Shown piece by piece: positions 16,900-19,197 of a stretch of 19,197 nucleotides of DNA. The notes below the pieces were generated by a model. The model was not told where the DNA came from, ran no database searches, and was given only the letters and a program-made list of their open reading frames with translations. Origin of the DNA: Myxococcota bacterium (lineage in GTDB: Bacteria; Myxococcota; SpSt-1050); assembly GCA_049969675.1 (NCBI GenBank), contig JBMFOP010000003.1:1-19197 (forward strand), written 5' to 3'. Every line of letters starts with the position of its first letter. Positions within the stretch are counted from its first letter, which is position 1. A program made the position numbers and the translations under genes.

Positions 16900-17343
16900 A
16901 TGAAAGTAATACTTAAGAGCGATGTTCCAAAGCTTGGGAATGCCGGTGATATTATTACTGTAAAAGATGGTTATGCCAGAAACTTTCTTATCCCGAAGGG
17001 ACTTGCAGAGCGGGCTGACCTTGGTTCGGTGAGGGCTGTTGAAAATCTCAAGAAGGTCCTTGCACAGCAGATGGAGAAGAAGAAGAAAGAGGCATTAAAG
17101 CTCAGAGACAGATTGTTAAATATCTCCTGTACTATTACAAGACAGGCTGGCGAAGGAGAGAAGATTTTCGGTAGTGTGACCACGAGAGATATAGAAGAGG
17201 CATTAAAGGTTGAAAATATTCATATAGACAGAAAGAATATTATGCTTGAGGAACCAATAAGGCAGCTCGGAATCTTTGAAGTACCGGTTAAACTTCACAA
17301 AGATGTTGAAGCAAAGATAAAGGTATGGGTAGTAGCCAAATAA
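16900..17343 (+). CDS. rplI: 50S ribosomal protein L9
   Basis: MKVIL, LGNAGD, VKDGYARNFLIP, KIFGSVT, PIRQLG. Confidence 0.98.
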   Translation: MKVILKSDVPKLGNAGDIITVKDGYARNFLIPKGLAERADLGSVRAVENLKKVLAQQMEKKKKEALKLRDRLLNISCTITRQAGEGEKIFGSVTTRDIEEALKVENIHIDRKNIMLEEPIRQLGIFEVPVKLHKDVEAKIKVWVVAK

Positions 17344-17344
17344 G

Positions 17345-18823
17345 ATGCCAAGAGAAGAATCACTCTTCGTTGCCCCTCACAGTGTAGATGCCGAAAAGGC
17401 TGTATTAGGTTCGTTATTACTTGATAGTCAGATCGCAGATGAGATTTTTGGTGTATTAAAGACTGAGTGCTTTTACTTAGAACAGCATAGAAAAATTTAT
17501 AATGCAATATGGGATATTTATAGAGAGACTCATATCATTGACCTGATCTCTATCAAGGATTATCTCATCAGACATGGAGAGCTTGAATCTGCTGGTGGAA
17601 TTGAGTATCTTACCTCGCTTGTGGATGCGGTACCATCCACCAAGAATGCAACCACATATGCAGCTGTTGTAAAAGAGAAGTGGATATTGAGAGAACTAAT
17701 CAGCGCCTCAAATACAATTACGAAAATGGCATATTCCGAGCAGAGTCCCTTTAAGGAGATAGTTGATGAGGCAGAGAGGATGATTTACGAGGTTACCCAG
17801 CAGGGCATAAAGGCACCTTACTCCTCAGCAAAAGAGATAATAAATGAATTGATGAAGAGGAGTGAAGAACTTAATGATGAAAATAACAGATATCTCGGGA
17901 AATACATAGGGATACCTACTGGCTTTACCGAATTTGATAACATTACATCAGGTCTTATGCCGGGCTCACTAAATATTATTGCAGCAAGGCCCGGAATGGG
18001 GAAGACAAGTCTTGCCCTGAATATTGCACAATTTGTTGGAATTACACTAAATAATGAGGAGATAAAGAGAGGAGAGATATTTGGAAGGGCACCATTATTG
18101 ACCCCTGTTTTAATCTTCTCCCTTGAGATGTCCAAAGAAGAGTTGATGAAGAGGATGGTCTCATCTGAGGCGATGGTTCCGGCTGATATATTCAGGAGGA
18201 ATCCACCAAAGACAGATAAGGAGAGGGATGAATTGGCAGAGAAGTGGAAATTGATTCATATGGCGGCAAATAGATTTTATAATGCACCTATCTATATTGA
18301 TGATTCAGGTGATATCTCACTTCTTGAGATAAAGGGGAAGTGCAGGAGATTAAAGAAAGAGATGGGAAATAGACTCGGACTGGTTATAGTTGATTATTTG
18401 CAGTTATTGAGACCCGAACAGAAATTTGATTCAATGGTACACGCTATTGCGGATATATCAAGGGGACTTAAGATCCTCTCAAAGGAACTTGAAGTCCCTG
18501 TAATTGCACTTTCGCAACTCAATAGAGAGCCCGAGAAGAGAAAGGAACATAAGAAGCCAATGTTATCGGATTTGAGAGAGTCCGGTGCCATTGAGCAGGA
18601 TGCGGATCTGATTATCTTTATCTATCGTGAAGAGGTGTATGATGCAAATACAGAGAATCAGGGGGTAGCTGTAATTGATATTGCGAAGAACAGGAATGGT
18701 CCGACTTTCTCACTCAAACTTAATTTCCATAAAGAATATACACGGTTTACAGAATTTGCAAATCTTGATGAATTTTCTGGTCCTGAGACGAATGTAAGTG
18801 GTGTTGATGAGGAAGGCTTTTAA
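17345..18823 (+). CDS. dnaB: Replicative DNA helicase DnaB
   Basis: PHSVDAEKAVLG, AARPGMGKT, FSLEMS, VDYLQL, LSQLNR, SDLRESGAIEQDAD, AKNRNGP. Confidence 0.98.
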   Translation: MPREESLFVAPHSVDAEKAVLGSLLLDSQIADEIFGVLKTECFYLEQHRKIYNAIWDIYRETHIIDLISIKDYLIRHGELESAGGIEYLTSLVDAVPSTKNATTYAAVVKEKWILRELISASNTITKMAYSEQSPFKEIVDEAERMIYEVTQQGIKAPYSSAKEIINELMKRSEELNDENNRYLGKYIGIPTGFTEFDNITSGLMPGSLNIIAARPGMGKTSLALNIAQFVGITLNNEEIKRGEIFGRAPLLTPVLIFSLEMSKEELMKRMVSSEAMVPADIFRRNPPKTDKERDELAEKWKLIHMAANRFYNAPIYIDDSGDISLLEIKGKCRRLKKEMGNRLGLVIVDYLQLLRPEQKFDSMVHAIADISRGLKILSKELEVPVIALSQLNREPEKRKEHKKPMLSDLRESGAIEQDADLIIFIYREEVYDANTENQGVAVIDIAKNRNGPTFSLKLNFHKEYTRFTEFANLDEFSGPETNVSGVDEEGF

Positions 18824-18892
18824 TTTTATCTTGCAAAAAATATATTTTAATATTACTTGTTAGTTGGATCACTCTTTTATAAGGAGGCTATT

Positions 18893-19197
18893 GTGAAAAA
18901 TATTGCGGCATTTATAATGTTTTTTATGCTATTTTTATTGCAATACTCATTATCAAATGCATCAGAGAAGTCGTTTCAGAGTCTGGGGGCATCTCTAAGT
19001 AGTTATAGCGGCTCGGGTCTATCGTATAGATACCATTTTAATGACAGATGGGGCATTCAGTTGAGCGGTGGGGCAGTAATTGACAATAACAATAAGAATG
19101 TGGCAACCGGTCTGGAGGTGCAGAGTGACCTTACATCACTCCCGGATAAGAGATTATATCTCATCTTCTCGGCTGGCTGGTATGTTGATACAGAGAC
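18893..19197 (+). CDS. Secreted, probable outer-membrane beta-barrel protein (truncated by window edge)
   Basis: Own translation from GTG 18893 with SD AAGGAGG: MKNIAAFIMFFMLFLLQYSLSNA-SEKSFQSLGASLSSYSGSGLSYRYHFNDRWGIQLSGG... Sec signal peptide followed by amphipathic, aromatic-rich beta strands; open to the window end. Confidence 0.75.
   Translation, partial: MKNIAAFIMFFMLFLLQYSLSNASEKSFQSLGASLSSYSGSGLSYRYHFNDRWGIQLSGGAVIDNNNKNVATGLEVQSDLTSLPDKRLYLIFSAGWYVDTE

Noticed and set aside
17345..18823. Intein in dnaB
   Set aside because: Both usual insertion sites (RPGMGKT and RESGAIEQD) are contiguous, the length is normal and there are no C...HN splice motifs.
1..19197. CRISPR array, tandem repeat array, prophage or defence system
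   Set aside because: No regularly spaced repeats seen; intergenic regions are all under 200 bp; the helicase, Lon, HD and MBL genes have ordinary housekeeping or signalling signatures rather than defence-associated architectures.

Overview
Low-GC bacterial chromosomal segment, mostly housekeeping. The gene order ispE-tRNA-Gln-prs-rplY-pth-rpsF-rpsR-rplI-dnaB and the protein flavour suggest a deltaproteobacterial-type (Myxococcota/Desulfobacterota-like) diderm; this is inference. From left to right: the left end and truncated orfA of an IS3-family element inserted into a decayed gene with a DGIDND-x-DG motif; an MFS transporter (minus); pcrA/uvrD, lon, a pseudo-receiver/HD-GYP protein and an NAPE-PLD-like metallo-beta-lactamase-fold hydrolase (plus); a convergent minus operon of cupin-like gene, cutA and dut; a ppiD/SurA-like foldase; an uncharacterised P-loop kinase-like protein; the ispE to dnaB cluster; and the start of a probable outer-membrane beta-barrel gene. 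I see no CRISPR array, intein, defence island or clearly novel multi-gene system. The best leads are the orphan P-loop protein, the degenerate-receiver HD-GYP plus MBL pair, the cupin-cutA-dut operon, candidate leaderless mRNAs, DnaB insertions and the IS/pseudogene junction.
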